NCBI RefSeq assembly: GCF_963921235.1
Contig: NC_086098.1
Coordinates: forward strand, 104,408,001 to 104,472,000
Source: Mobula hypostoma
Lineage: Eukaryota
Direction: 5' to 3'
Length of the DNA: 64,000 nt
The first letter of the stretch is position 1; every line of letters starts with the position of its first letter. The position numbers and the translations under genes were made by a program. Positions 1 through 11,293 of this stretch are shown one piece after another. The notes under the pieces were generated by a model. The model was not told the DNA's origin and made no database searches. It saw only the letters and a program-made list of their open reading frames with translations.

Positions 1-496
1 ACAATGGTTTGTGGGTTAGTTCAAAAATTCTACCTCAATATATTTTAAAGATGAATATTGTTGTAACGTGAACAAAGTCATCAGACAGAAGCAGCTACAG
101 GATATGAAGTGGTCTTTTGTTCGAAAAATTGAGATACAGCAAGCATCATTTTGAGACCCTTTCAGAGGAAGAGGCCTGCTTGACCCAAGATCAAAGGACA
201 ATTCTATATTTACAACGTGTCTACAACACTTTCTTTGACTATACATAACTCTCACATTCTCCCCCCTACTTCGCACCCACAATCCAGACAATGTTTCCTG
301 GTCCTTCAATCAACTATATTGTCACAGCTCAAGGATCCCATTGTCCAGAGATGCATTTAAAAATTAATCTACAGTCCATATTCAGATCTGAAGATTGGTG
401 GCTGTGGTTCATTGCTGAAGTTAGTTGCAATATGTCCTCACCCCAAAAACACACTAACAATAGTAAATTGTTACTCAAACCCAATCAGGATATGTG

Positions 497-1138
497 AACA
501 CGAGGAATTCTGCAGATGCTGGAAATTCAAGCAACACACATCAAAGTTGCTGGTGAACGCAGCAAGCCAGGCAGCATCTCTAGGAAGAGGTACAGTCAAT
601 GTTTCGGGCCAAGACCCTTCGTCAGGACTAACTGAAGGAAGAGCTAGTAAGAGATTTGAAAGTGGGAGAGGGAGGGGGAGATCCAAAATGATAGGAGAAG
701 ACAGGAAGGGGAGGGATGGAGCCAAGAGCTGGACAGGTGATTGGCAAAAGGGATACGAGAGGATCAAGGGACAGGAGGCCCAGGGAGAAGGAAAAGGGGG
801 AGGGGGGGAAACCCAGAGGATGGGCAAGGGGTATAGTCAGAGGGACAGAGGGAGAAAAAGGAGAGAGAGAGAGAAAGAATGTGTGTATATAAATAAATAA
901 CAGATGGGGTACAAGGGGGAGGTGGGGCATTAGCGCAAGTTAGAGAAGTCAATGTTCATGCCATCAGGTTGGAGGCTACCCAGACGGAATATAAGGTGTT
1001 GTTCCTCCAACCTGAGTGTGGCTTCATCTTTACAGTAGAGGAGGTCGTGGATAGACATGTCAGAATGGGAATGGGATGTGGAATTAAAATATTGGGCCAC
1101 TGGGAGATCCTGCTTTCTCTGGCGGACAGAGCATAGGT
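497..1138 (-). mobile_element. Penelope-like element (PLE) 3' fragment with pseudo-LTR and decayed minimal hammerhead motif
   Basis: 8-bp direct repeat GATATGTG at 489-496 and 1139-1146. Minus strand 593-630 reads AGTC-CTGACGA-A-GGGTCTTGGCCC-GAAAC-ATT-GACTG. The same terminus recurs at 5249, 7885, 9370, 15345, 17269, 54250 and 55895. Confidence 0.75.
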
Positions 1139-4100
1139 GATATGTGTTTGCTTCAGATCACAAGTGCATATACTCAAACTATTCACATCAAGTCCAGGTG
1201 TGGTGGGGGAGGGGAGGGAGGAGGGTGGTGTAGAGATACAGAGGGAGAAAATTATTCAAATTGTGTTACTTCCAAAAATGTCATCAAATGGCTCATTTAA
1301 GTTATTAAAATCTGAAAATAGCTATGATTCTATGCAATTCAATATTTAAAATAACCTGAACTATTTAAATAACGTTGCAGCTTCATCACAACATTTTGTA
1401 CCCTACATAAACTCTCCCTACAGGGATGCTCATTGTTATTCTGTAGACAGCAGTACTTTAAATCATTTCCAGTAGCGAAATGCTGATTTAACAAAGATGG
1501 AAACTTCTTTGCTTTTAACTAATCATAAAAATCAAACTATATCAAACCAGGTTTAAAAATTACATTGTTTAAATAACCTGTAATCCATCTAGTTATTTGT
1601 CACAAATTCCCAATCAGATTTCAAAGACAATTATTTAGAGCCTGCAAAATCAACAGGATTAATTGTCTTTTTGCACTTCTTCAGCCTCATTTACCTATGA
1701 TACATCCACCAAATATATTGGGCGTTCCAAAACAGCCTCAATCATTACCTTCAATCCCATCTAAATGCTTAATCTTTTAACTATACTGAAATAAAAAAAA
1801 TTTCTATAAATGTTAATTCTTTTTGAATTAACTTCAATGAGTACATTTCTAGTGTTTAAAATATGTTAAGTGCTTTGTATACTTGGAGCCTTGTTATTAC
1901 ACAAAATGCAACAGTCCTAAAGAAAGATTATAGATCTAAAAACTAATTCTATTTATGAATCATTCGATGCTGCCTGATTTTATATTTAAATTAATCTTGA
2001 CCTTTCACCTGGTTAACAGCAAAATCAACAAGAATGACAATTGTTTTACAAATTTGCATAAATTCCTAACTTTCAAAATAAATGTTCCAAGAAACAGAGT
2101 ACTTTTTTCCCCAAGAGATCAATTCTGCAGCTTTTCCTGACATCTTACGTCAGATACCGAATTTTATTAAGATTCATAAAAATCGCAAGCAGAATTACAA
2201 CCACTTTTACAGAGTGCCCATACAGTTTAACTACTCTATTCAAGTGCTTATTTTCACTTTGTACTTTATAACCTTCTATCATTTTCTCCTTGATATATCT
2301 ACCTTTATTAGCCTTTCTTTATATTTGTGATTAATCCTAATCTCTGTATTCTTAGTCATAGAATCATGAGTACTAGAGCACAGAAACAATGCTTTCAGTC
2401 TATCTAATCTAAGCCAAACTAATAATTAGCCTGGTTCCATCAACCTGCACCGACCAGAGCGCTCCATCCACATAACCATCCAAATTTCTCTTAAATGTTG
2501 CAATCAAACCTGCATCTACCACTTCTCTGGCAGCTCATTCCACACTTGCATGGAAAATGGAGGCTCTCCTTAAAAATTTCACCTTTCACCCTTAACCTAA
2601 GAACTCTAGTTCCAGTCTGACACAACCTCAATGGAAAAATACCTTCTCGTATTTACTCTATCTATACCCATTAATTTTGTATCTTTCTGTCAAATCGCCT
2701 CTAATTCTTCTACACTTTAGGCAACAGAGTCCTAGCCCCGGGGTCGGCAACCTTTTTGCCTCTGTGGGTCGGATCGTGTATTAATGCGCGGACAGTGGGC
2801 CAGATAAACACCATAAAAAACTTGAAATATGGTAATTATCCATCTAAATACTTCTAGTTATGTTTTGCTTCAGATTAATGAATAACACATACTAGAAAAT
2901 CATTTGGGCTTAACCAAGGATGCCAATTAGTAATCAAAGAACTCAGTTGCAATTTATTTCAGTCAAGGCATCTTTTCAATCTATTAAAAGGATACAAAGC
3001 ATCTTTAAATATAAAACATATGAACATGATGCATTGAATGGTGGTAAATTAAGTATAATAAAAAATAAAATTTTAATGCAAACAGTCAATAAGTCAATGT
3101 GAAACTTGATGCTGTTTGTTGCTTGGAAGCTTCTCAATATTGGGTGTCAGACTTGTTGATTCCAAGAGCAAGACATTATCCAGATGGGTATCAGTCAATC
3201 TTGTTCACAAATGGTTCTTGGTGTGCTTCATTTTTGAAGATAATTACTCAATGATAAGTGCTGCCAAACAATGATGCCACCTTTCTTGCATGGTCCACAA
3301 GTTAGGATACGTCTCACTTAGATGAACATATTTTCCATAGAAGTCAAGCACTGACACATCTTCAGAATGAAATTTCGATCTCAATATGTCATCACACTGC
3401 ATCTCAATCAATTCCATTTGAAAAATTTTTGATGCAGTGTCCACTTCCTCATCAAATGGAGTAGCAAACAGCTTGAACTCATTTGCATGCAAGCAAAAAT
3501 CAGCAAAACAAGATGAAAACTCTTTTCTCAATTCTTTGACCATATTCACAAAAATGCCTGGACATTGTGCTTTATGTTTTTGAAAAGTAGGAAAATGTGC
3601 ACAATTTCCTTTTTGAAGCTGGCACTCCCACAACTGCAGCTTTCTTTCGAAGGCCACAATATGACCATACATCTCATGTATCAGCTGAATTTTTTCCTTG
3701 AAGTTGTAAATGAGTTATTTAAATGAGATGTAATGTGCACAAGAAATGCCAAGGTTGCAAGCCAGTCAGGATTACGAAAATGTGAAGCATCCTGATTTTT
3801 GCTTTCAAGAAATATTGCCACCTCTTCATGCGATGCAAATACTCTTTCCAGCATTGACCCTCGGCTAAGCCAGCGCACATTACAGAAAAAAGCCTGTTCC
3901 CAATATTCTGCCACCGTATCCAACAAAAGCTGCTGAATCTGGTGATGATTCAATCCACGAGATAGGATCACTGCTTTCACAACAATGTCCATAACATCTT
4001 TTAATTTCAAAGACTGGCATATCATGCCTCCTGATGGATAACGCAATGAATTTTAACCAGTTTCTGCGTGATTCCAAAGTTTTCCATTTGTCCTTGCAGC

Positions 4101-5248
4101 AATGTGTTGATGCTTTTTTTCTGTCCCACCATTGCTGGTGCCCCATCAGTTGTGATGCCAATTAGCTTCGACACATTAAGGTTCATTTCTGACATAATTT
4201 TCAATAAAGCTTCAAAAATGTCTGCTCCAGCAACCGTATCCTTCATAGGAATTAATTGAATAAACTCTTCAAAAATTTTAGAAGTTGAGGTCACTCCTCG
4301 CACAAACACCGTAAGTTGAGCAGTGTCTCTCAAGTCTGTGCTCTCATCAAGCGCAATGGAAAAAAATTGCAATTCATTGCAGGGATCCCTGAAACAACTT
4401 TTAACATCTGCTGACATTTCTTCAACTCACTGTGTGATCATTCTTGCTAACAAGCCGATAGATGCAAATAAAGATTTCCGTTCAGGACAAACAATATCCA
4501 ACACTGTCAGTAAACATTCTTTCACAAACTCTCCATCTGTACAAGGTTTCAACTTTTCTGCAATACATTTTGAGACTTCACAGCTGGCACGGGTATTTCC
4601 TTCATTTTCACTGCTTTTCTTGGCAAAAACTGATGTTTGTTTTCTGAAACTAGTCTTCATTCGCTCAACTTCATCTTTCCTTGCTTGCTCAGTAAACTTG
4701 TTAAAGTTTCCACTATGGTAGGTCTCATAACATCGCCTGATATTTGCCACCTTCTTCACAGCAACATTTTCTAGGCAAATGAGACAAACTGGTTTCCCAG
4801 CTTGCTCGATGAAGAAGTAATCTAGTGTCAAAGTGACTTGGAAATTTGGCAACTCAGGCTATGTCCACACTAGACTGGATAATTCTGAAAACACCAGTTT
4901 CACGTAAAAACGATAGGCGTCCACACCAGGTGTTTTAAAAAATATCTCCGTCCACATTAGAGCAGATATTTGGGCGAATCTCCTCCTACTGGGAATGCAC
5001 AGGGCACACTGAAAACAAGCGAAGAGGAAACGATATACTTGGTGCGCGTTTGTCCTGTTACAGAGTAGAAGAAACTTAAAAGGAATTGCTGTTGGCTGTC
5101 ATGCAGGAGGACTTAAAACCAAAAAAAACAAATACTGGAGCGTATGGAAGCAACCGACAGGGAGTTCACGGACCGTATGACCCAGCTGATGACGAACATT
5201 GAAAAACTGACTACCTTGTTAAATGTATAAAACATGTCTGCATCAGTG

Positions 5249-5518
5249 CAAACACGAGGAATTCTGCAGATGCTGGAAATTCAAGCAACACACATCAAAG
5301 TTGCTGGTGAACGCAGCAGGCCAGGCAGCATCTCCAGGAAGAGGTACAGTCAACGTTTCGGGCCGAGACCCTTCATCAGGACCCCAGTTGACGTTTCGGG
5401 CTGGGACCCTTCGTCAGGACTCAGTCCTGACTAAGGGTCTCGGCCCGAAACGTTGACTGACCCTCTTCCTAGAGATGCTCCCTGTGCCTGCTGCGTTCAC
5501 CAGCAACTTTGATGTGTG
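5249..5518. mobile_element. Non-coding PLE pseudo-LTR insertion with tandem and inverted termini
   Basis: 15-bp TSD ATGTCTGCATCAGTG at 5234-5248 and 5519-5533. Inversion axis GTCAGGACT-C-AGTCCTGAC centred at 5422. Confidence 0.85.
5347..5421 (-). ncRNA. Two tandem minimal type I hammerhead ribozyme motifs (5347-5382 and 5385-5421)
   Basis: Minus strand reads AGTC-CTGACGA-A-GGGTCCCAGCCC-GAAAC-GTC-AACTG and then GGTC-CTGATGA-A-GGGTCTCGGCCC-GAAAC-GTT-GACTG. Both have the CUGANGA and GAAA boxes, stem II, an NUH triplet and palindromic ACGT in place of stem III. Confidence 0.72.
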
Positions 5519-7884
5519 ATGTCTGCATCAGTGTTATCTTATATTTCCATACAATGTTACATTAGGCTGTTACACATCTATTGTCAGAGAAGTACTTGCA
5601 TAAGTAGGTAAACCACCTTTATACAAGCAAGGACAGATAACAGGGCGAAGTGAGTGTATTTATTTATTCAGTAAGTTATGGGTCAAAGTATTTGGTGAGT
5701 ACATTTCTAACTCTTCTGGCTTCAGTCTCGTTGCCGTCTGTTCTGAAATTGTTAGGTTGTGTGGGGAGTTGCGTTCAAGAAAACAATGAAATGCCGCGCT
5801 GCCGCCATCATCTGTTCCGGCACGTCCTGACAGCGTTTTTAAAAATCTCTGGTTACCCCGTACACACTGCTCTGCACAATCGGTGTTTTCAAATTTACAC
5901 ATTCTGGAGGGTATTTTAGAAAATCTCCGTTTTCGGGGGTGGAAAACACCGTTGCAGTGTGGACGGAGGGTCAAAACAAAGAGAAAAAGCTTCAGTTACG
6001 GAATTATCCAGTCTAGTGTGGACATAGCCTCAGTGTCTACCTTCTTACGTTTTGCATTCATTGCCATTGGGATTTTTTTCTTCGATTTTATTACGAAAAG
6101 CGCGTTATTCAGTAAGTATCGTAGCACATGTAAATATCTGGATATTTAGCGTGGGTTTCTTGTTAAAACACAGTGACACTGTTTCTGTTTACAAATTTGA
6201 ACGATCCCATCTGAAAACCTGCGCGTGCACGGAGCGTATCTAATACATATTAATAAGGTAGTCTGCCTTCCCGTCATTCATATATACCAGTGTTTGATTT
6301 GGAACTAAACGGAACCTGGGGCCAGTGCAACAAGACATCATGCATGTCCATCAGTGTGGCCGCGTGAAACACTGAGAATAAGGAAAAATCGCTCGCGGGC
6401 CGGATCGAGTATCCCAATATTTGCTCGCGGGCTGGTCAAAATACCTCCGCAGGCTGGACTTGGTTGCCTACCCGTTTTAATACATGGAACCAAGTGGCCG
6501 AAAGGCACCAGCTACTAAACCCTAACACTAAGATGGAGGAGGAAAATTACAGAAAAATGGAAGTAGACCCTCTTCCTCTCCCCTTCTTTCTCTCCTTTGT
6601 GGGACTCTATCCTAAATTCCCAACTGACGGGCTGCCGGAGATACTGTTATGGAAATAGCAATGATTGGCATAGCCGCCGCACAATATAACGCCCAACAGC
6701 TGTGACGACAAGTCCAACAGTCTCAGCCCTATTCCGGGAACCAGCTTCCCTCACAGGAACAGATTTCCCCATCAGGTGTCTCGAACACAGGGAATGCTTC
6801 AGCTCCCATGGAACAAGAACAGTCACAACCTGTGGACAATCGACAGAGTGTAAGGATGCACACGCAGTCACAAACCAGTCTATGGAGCATAGTATCCCAA
6901 TATTTGCTTGCAGGCCAGATCCGGCCCCCGGACCGTAGGTTGCCTACCCCTGTCCTAGCCTATTCAACCTTTCCCGAGAATTCAGGTGTACATGTCCTAG
7001 CAACATCCTTGTAAATTTTCTCTGTAATCTTTCAATCTTATTGATATTTCCTGCAAGTAGGTGACCAGAACTGCATACAATACTCCAAATTAGGCCTCAA
7101 CAATGTCTTATACAACTTCAACATGACATCCCAACTCCAGTACTCAATACTCTGATTTATGAAGGCCAATGGGCCTGAAAGCTTTCTTTGTGACCCTATC
7201 TACCTGTGACACTACATTCAAAGCATTATCGATCTGTATCCCTTTGACCTACTGCATTCCTCAGTGCCCTTCCATTCCCTGTAAAAGTCTTACTCTGGTT
7301 TCTCCTCCCAAAGTGCAACACCTCAAAACTGCCTACATTAAATTCCTTACCAAGTGTCTAATAACCCCATGATCTCAAGCTGTGCAGAAAGTACCAAAAG
7401 GTCCTACTCAATTTTAAAAAATCTGGCAAATAAACTTCACAAGCAACTGTCCCGTGATCTCAAGCTGCGATGGAAGTCCAAGCAGGCCATGCTCCCTTTT
7501 CAGATTGGTGAGCTTTGTACTTGTTAATAATTTTTATTGCCTTAATGAAACAAATCCTAAATTACTTACTGGATTTACTGAACATATTGGACTTTAGGTT
7601 CTGGTTTTGGACACTCCTACAAACTTTCTCTATAGGGTAGCTGTACCTACCCTGGCAGAACCTTTCATATCTTTAAAGATATCTATCAGTTCACGTCTGT
7701 CTTCTACCTTCTACAAAAGAATGTCTGTTCAGTCTTTCCTGATAGCATAATTCTCTCAGTTTTGTTACCACCTTTTTTTGTTTATTTTGCAAGTCCTTTG
7801 TATTCTTTTTGTAATATGTTGGCTAAAATTATTGAGAGTAAGCCAATTGTAGGCTAAAGGATTGTTGACTAGTTGAGAATATGT

Positions 7885-7975
7885 CACAAACAAGAGAAAA
7901 TCTGCAGATGCTGGAAATCCGAGCAACACACACAAAATGCTGGAGGAACTCAGCAGGTCAGGCAGCGTCTACGGA
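7885..7975 (-). mobile_element. Short PLE-terminus-derived repeat
   Basis: aatctgcagatgctggaaatcc...caaaatgctggaggaactcagcagg, shared with the other PLE termini. Confidence 0.65.
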
Positions 7976-9367
7976 ATATGTCAATGCTTGGAAATACTGA
8001 GATACAGAACACACTGCAAGTTGGATTCCGGCACATTAGAATTTTTATACACACTACCAAATACAGGATCAGATTTGTAATGTTCTGAGCTGAAAAGGAC
8101 AAATAAACCATATCTGGCTTCTGGACACCTGATACCAATGATAACTGGCACATCCAGCAAAATCACATTCATTTGAATGAAGTCGCTGACAAGAGAAATT
8201 TTATCCTTTTCTTTATTTTGTTGCATATTTTCATTTTACATTATTAATAGTAGTCTGATGGTTTTTAAATAATTTTCTTAATGATAATATTTAAAATATT
8301 TAAATGAACTAAAATGAAGAAAGAGAAAACAATTCAAATTACTAAAGTCATCTAAAAGTAGTTATGTACTCTTCTGACAGGACTGCGTGATACTAGAAAC
8401 AAACATGAAATGCTGCATCTCAAAGTCTGGTTATGATTCACAGACTGCTGAACATCACAGAACAGCCTTAGAAATGAAGCTTTAAGATCAGTGGAAGTAA
8501 AATACCAAACAATGATGCAAATGAGACCACTGGGCTGCATGAAGCAAGGAGCAGATCAAGTGCAAACAACGGGGCAGATCTAGCACAAAAGGCACAATAC
8601 TGAACTCTATTCTTTTAGATACAATTACAGCACTTTGGTTATATAGTTAACTTTGAGAACTTTTGTTGCAACCAGTAAGTATTTATGAATAAGTATTCCT
8701 TTCTACATATACTCCTTAATAATGCTTAGCCCGAGCATGGTTAATCCAAAGGGAAATTCAACTTATTCTGAATTTTCACATGCAGTTCTGTAAGCTATTA
8801 TACTAGCATCTCTCACATTAAGCACTGGTCACAATACTGAAAGTCACTAGATACTTCAGAACATGCTGCCATTTTAGCATAACTTAAAGAAAGGAGGAAG
8901 AATATATGTTGAGTGAAATAGAAAATAGCCAAAGACATCTTAAAACCATTTCTTGAAATTATGTACAATTCAGAATTTATACAGAATTTTTAGCTACACT
9001 AATTAACATCCAATGCATACCTCCGCTCATAGTGCTCATGTTCCTTCATCAGGCATTTCCAATTCAAATTTTAATGTTACTACTGGATTCATTGTCAGAA
9101 GTCTTTCAATTAGTGCACTCTGTATCACAAGTACTTATCTCCCCTCTAATTCTCCTGACAATTAACTTAAATTTATACCCTTTAACTACAAAACCTGCAT
9201 TAGATATATAAACCATTCGTCAAAAACTTAGCTGGAAATTTTTATTTCCAACAAACTCATTAATTAGGTGGCCAGTCAGTCAATGGATACAAATCCATTG
9301 TTGTCCACATTACTACAGCTGAAAGTTACAACAAAATTCAGGTACTGCTTTTATTTTTGTGACACTT

Positions 9368-9556
9368 GAGGAAATCAGCAAGTCAGGCAGCATCTATGGA
9401 GGCGAATAAACAGTCAACATTTCAGGCCAAGATTCTTTAGTGAGGGTCTTGGCCTGCAGCTTTGAAAATTTATTCCCCTCCATAGATGCTGCTTCACCTT
9501 CTGAGTTCCTCCAGCATTTTGTGTGTTGCTCTAGATTTCCAGCATCTACAGAATCC
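9368..9556. mobile_element. Degenerate PLE termini in inverted arrangement
   Basis: gcagcatctatggagg...tttcaggccaaga followed by its reverse complement tcttggcctg...cctccatagatgctgc. The hammerhead core has decayed. Confidence 0.6.
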
Positions 9557-9952
9557 GTTGTTTTATCGATGGTTCCTTTGCAACACCTTCTCAATTACCC
9601 CTGAAAAACCATGCGCACAACAAGCATTATGCATTCCACAATCCTAAGATTGTTACTTTTGCATTGGACCATGCTGTCTTTGCCAAACGCTACTCATGAC
9701 CCAATACAGCTCCTCTCAGACTCACCAGACATTAAAGCTGCCACTATTATTGAATGTTAGTGAATATCTCAAAACCATTCAAAATCAGCAGGTGTGCTTA
9801 AAAATAAATGTTAAATAATTATTGTTTTTTTAAAATAAAGAAAGCAAGCATACAAAAAATATTTAATTAACTTGTAGGTTATTCGCCTGATCCAATCAAT
9901 ACTGACTCGCAAAGGAATCCCATTTCACTTCTTGTTTCCTTGTAACCTGCAT

Positions 9953-10177
9953 CTATAAACACCTACCCCAAGTGCCCCACCAATCTAAAAGTAACGTACT
10001 ACAACTAATTAACCTATCAAGCAGCAGGTTTGGGGGATGGAAGACCTTTGTGGGGAAACCCACCTGGTTGCAGGAAGAACATGCCAATTCCACATAGACA
10101 GCACTGGAGGTCAGAACTGAACTCAGGTCACTGAGGCTATACGACAGCTGCAAAATCTGCAGTGCCATTGTGCCACC
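9953..10177 (-). mobile_element. tRNA-derived SINE (V-SINE/HE1-like), degenerate
   Basis: Minus strand has a tRNA-like head (GGTGGCACAATGG...GAGTTCAGTTC) followed by V-domain-like TGTGGAATTGGCATGTTCTTCC...GTGGGTTTCCC. Confidence 0.6.
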
Positions 10178-11293
10178 TAGAAAATAAACAGCTAATTCCC
10201 TGTTTGTTTTAATGGGATTGCTTAGTTATGCCAGCTCTAACATGGTGCTACATCAATGGGCAAACTTACTAGTCTGAGAACTCTGCTGTACAGAAGGCCA
10301 AAGCTTAGGAACTAAATGCTTACTTGTCAACAGCACTAGATAGATTTTTCAGGCAGACATGCACGGTTATGCACTAAAACTACTTGGTTTTAGCTTTGTA
10401 ATAGATCAATCAAGCACGTCTTTCTCCCTATGTCTCAGTCTATCACTATTTTAAATATGCCTTTAATTTTAGGCTCTAATGATCTCTGCCTCAGCAGCAC
10501 CTGAGGAAAGTATTCCATGTTCCAATGACTTTCTATACAGACATTACTCATTGCACATTGTCTTTATATCTTTTTATTACAAATTCTGCAACCACAAAAG
10601 ATCTTTCCAAGTTCAATCTATCAAGATCATAATAATCTTAAATCGTCTCAGCGAAATAGGAAATACATTAAGCTATTCAGCCCATCAAACTCGATTTACC
10701 ATGCTTGGTTTCATCATAATAACCTCCAAAGGTTAATAGAAGATATTAAGTTCATGATGATGTACAATTAGGACTTGCAACCCAAAAAGCTGGATAAATG
10801 ACCTGAAGATGACCTGGAGTTCAAGTCACTCCACTGACTCAACAAGTTACAACATTTCCTCATTCTACTTAGCCCAGTATCATTTTGTGAAAACTAACTC
10901 AAAGCTGAAGAGTCTTTCTTCTAGTCCAACATGCACAACTGTATTCAACACACGAGATATGCCCCAAATAAAACATAAGACAAAGGAGCAGAATTAGCCA
11001 ATTCCATCCACTGTGTCCGCTCTATCATTTTACTACGGCTGATTTATTGTCTCTCACCCCATTCACCAGTTTTCAAAGACTTATGCTTTGTCTATGAATC
11101 CACATTATATTTTACTGGTGTCTATGCCAGTTCCTCCACATTCCATTAAATACTTGACCTAATCTGTGATTGTTCTTAATTAGCTATGACTCACAAGACA
11201 GGCATTAAATTTAGTTCACAGTACCTCCCCTTTAGGTCTCTAATTCTTATTCCACGTAAGAATGCGAGAAATATCTCAAGTGACTCTAATCAT

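Larger units (their letters stand above)
4857..6029. mobile_element. Non-autonomous TIR element (PIF/Harbinger-type MITE)
   Basis: Perfect 29-bp TIRs GGCTATGTCCACACTAGACTGGATAATTC at 4857-4885 and 6001-6029. 3-bp TSD TCA at 4854-4856 and 6030-6032. Repeated subterminal GTCCACA/TGTGGAC motifs. No coding capacity. Confidence 0.88.
3100..6067 (-). pseudogene. hAT transposase pseudogene (frameshifted; N-terminus separated by the MITE)
   Basis: Removing 4857-6029 and one TSD joins MAMNAKRKKVDTE (ATG at 6067) in frame to LPNFQVTLTLDYFF (ORF 4427..4852). Further pieces are ORFs 4022..4417, 3681..4046 and 3244..3672. Confidence 0.88.
2738..6952 (-). mobile_element. hAT DNA transposon (Buster/Charlie group, GTF2IRD2/ZBED5-like transposase), inactive
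   Basis: TIRs CCGGGGTCGGCAACC / GGTTGCCTACCCCTG. 8-bp TSD TCCTAGCC at 2730-2737 and 6953-6960. Transposase motifs CLIC (BED-type zinc finger), ALDESTD, TTDGAPAMVG, HCVIHQE and VRWLSRG in frameshifted minus-strand ORFs. Confidence 0.93.
2356..7330 (-). mobile_element. Degenerate CR1-clade LINE 3' portion, split by the hAT insertion (pieces 2356-2737 and 6953-7330)
   Basis: Similar to the other CR1 3' ends in the window (31760, 56060, 60470), and contiguous across the hAT TSD. Confidence 0.7.

Noticed and set aside
412-952. G/R-rich and Pro-rich ORFs
   Set aside because: They come from the purine/pyrimidine-skewed 3' region of the PLE fragment.
3244-4852. Domesticated host gene (GTF2IRD2/ZBED5/EPM2AIP1-like)
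   Set aside because: It has multiple frameshifts and a MITE insertion, and is bounded by TIRs and a TSD, so it is a dead transposon copy.
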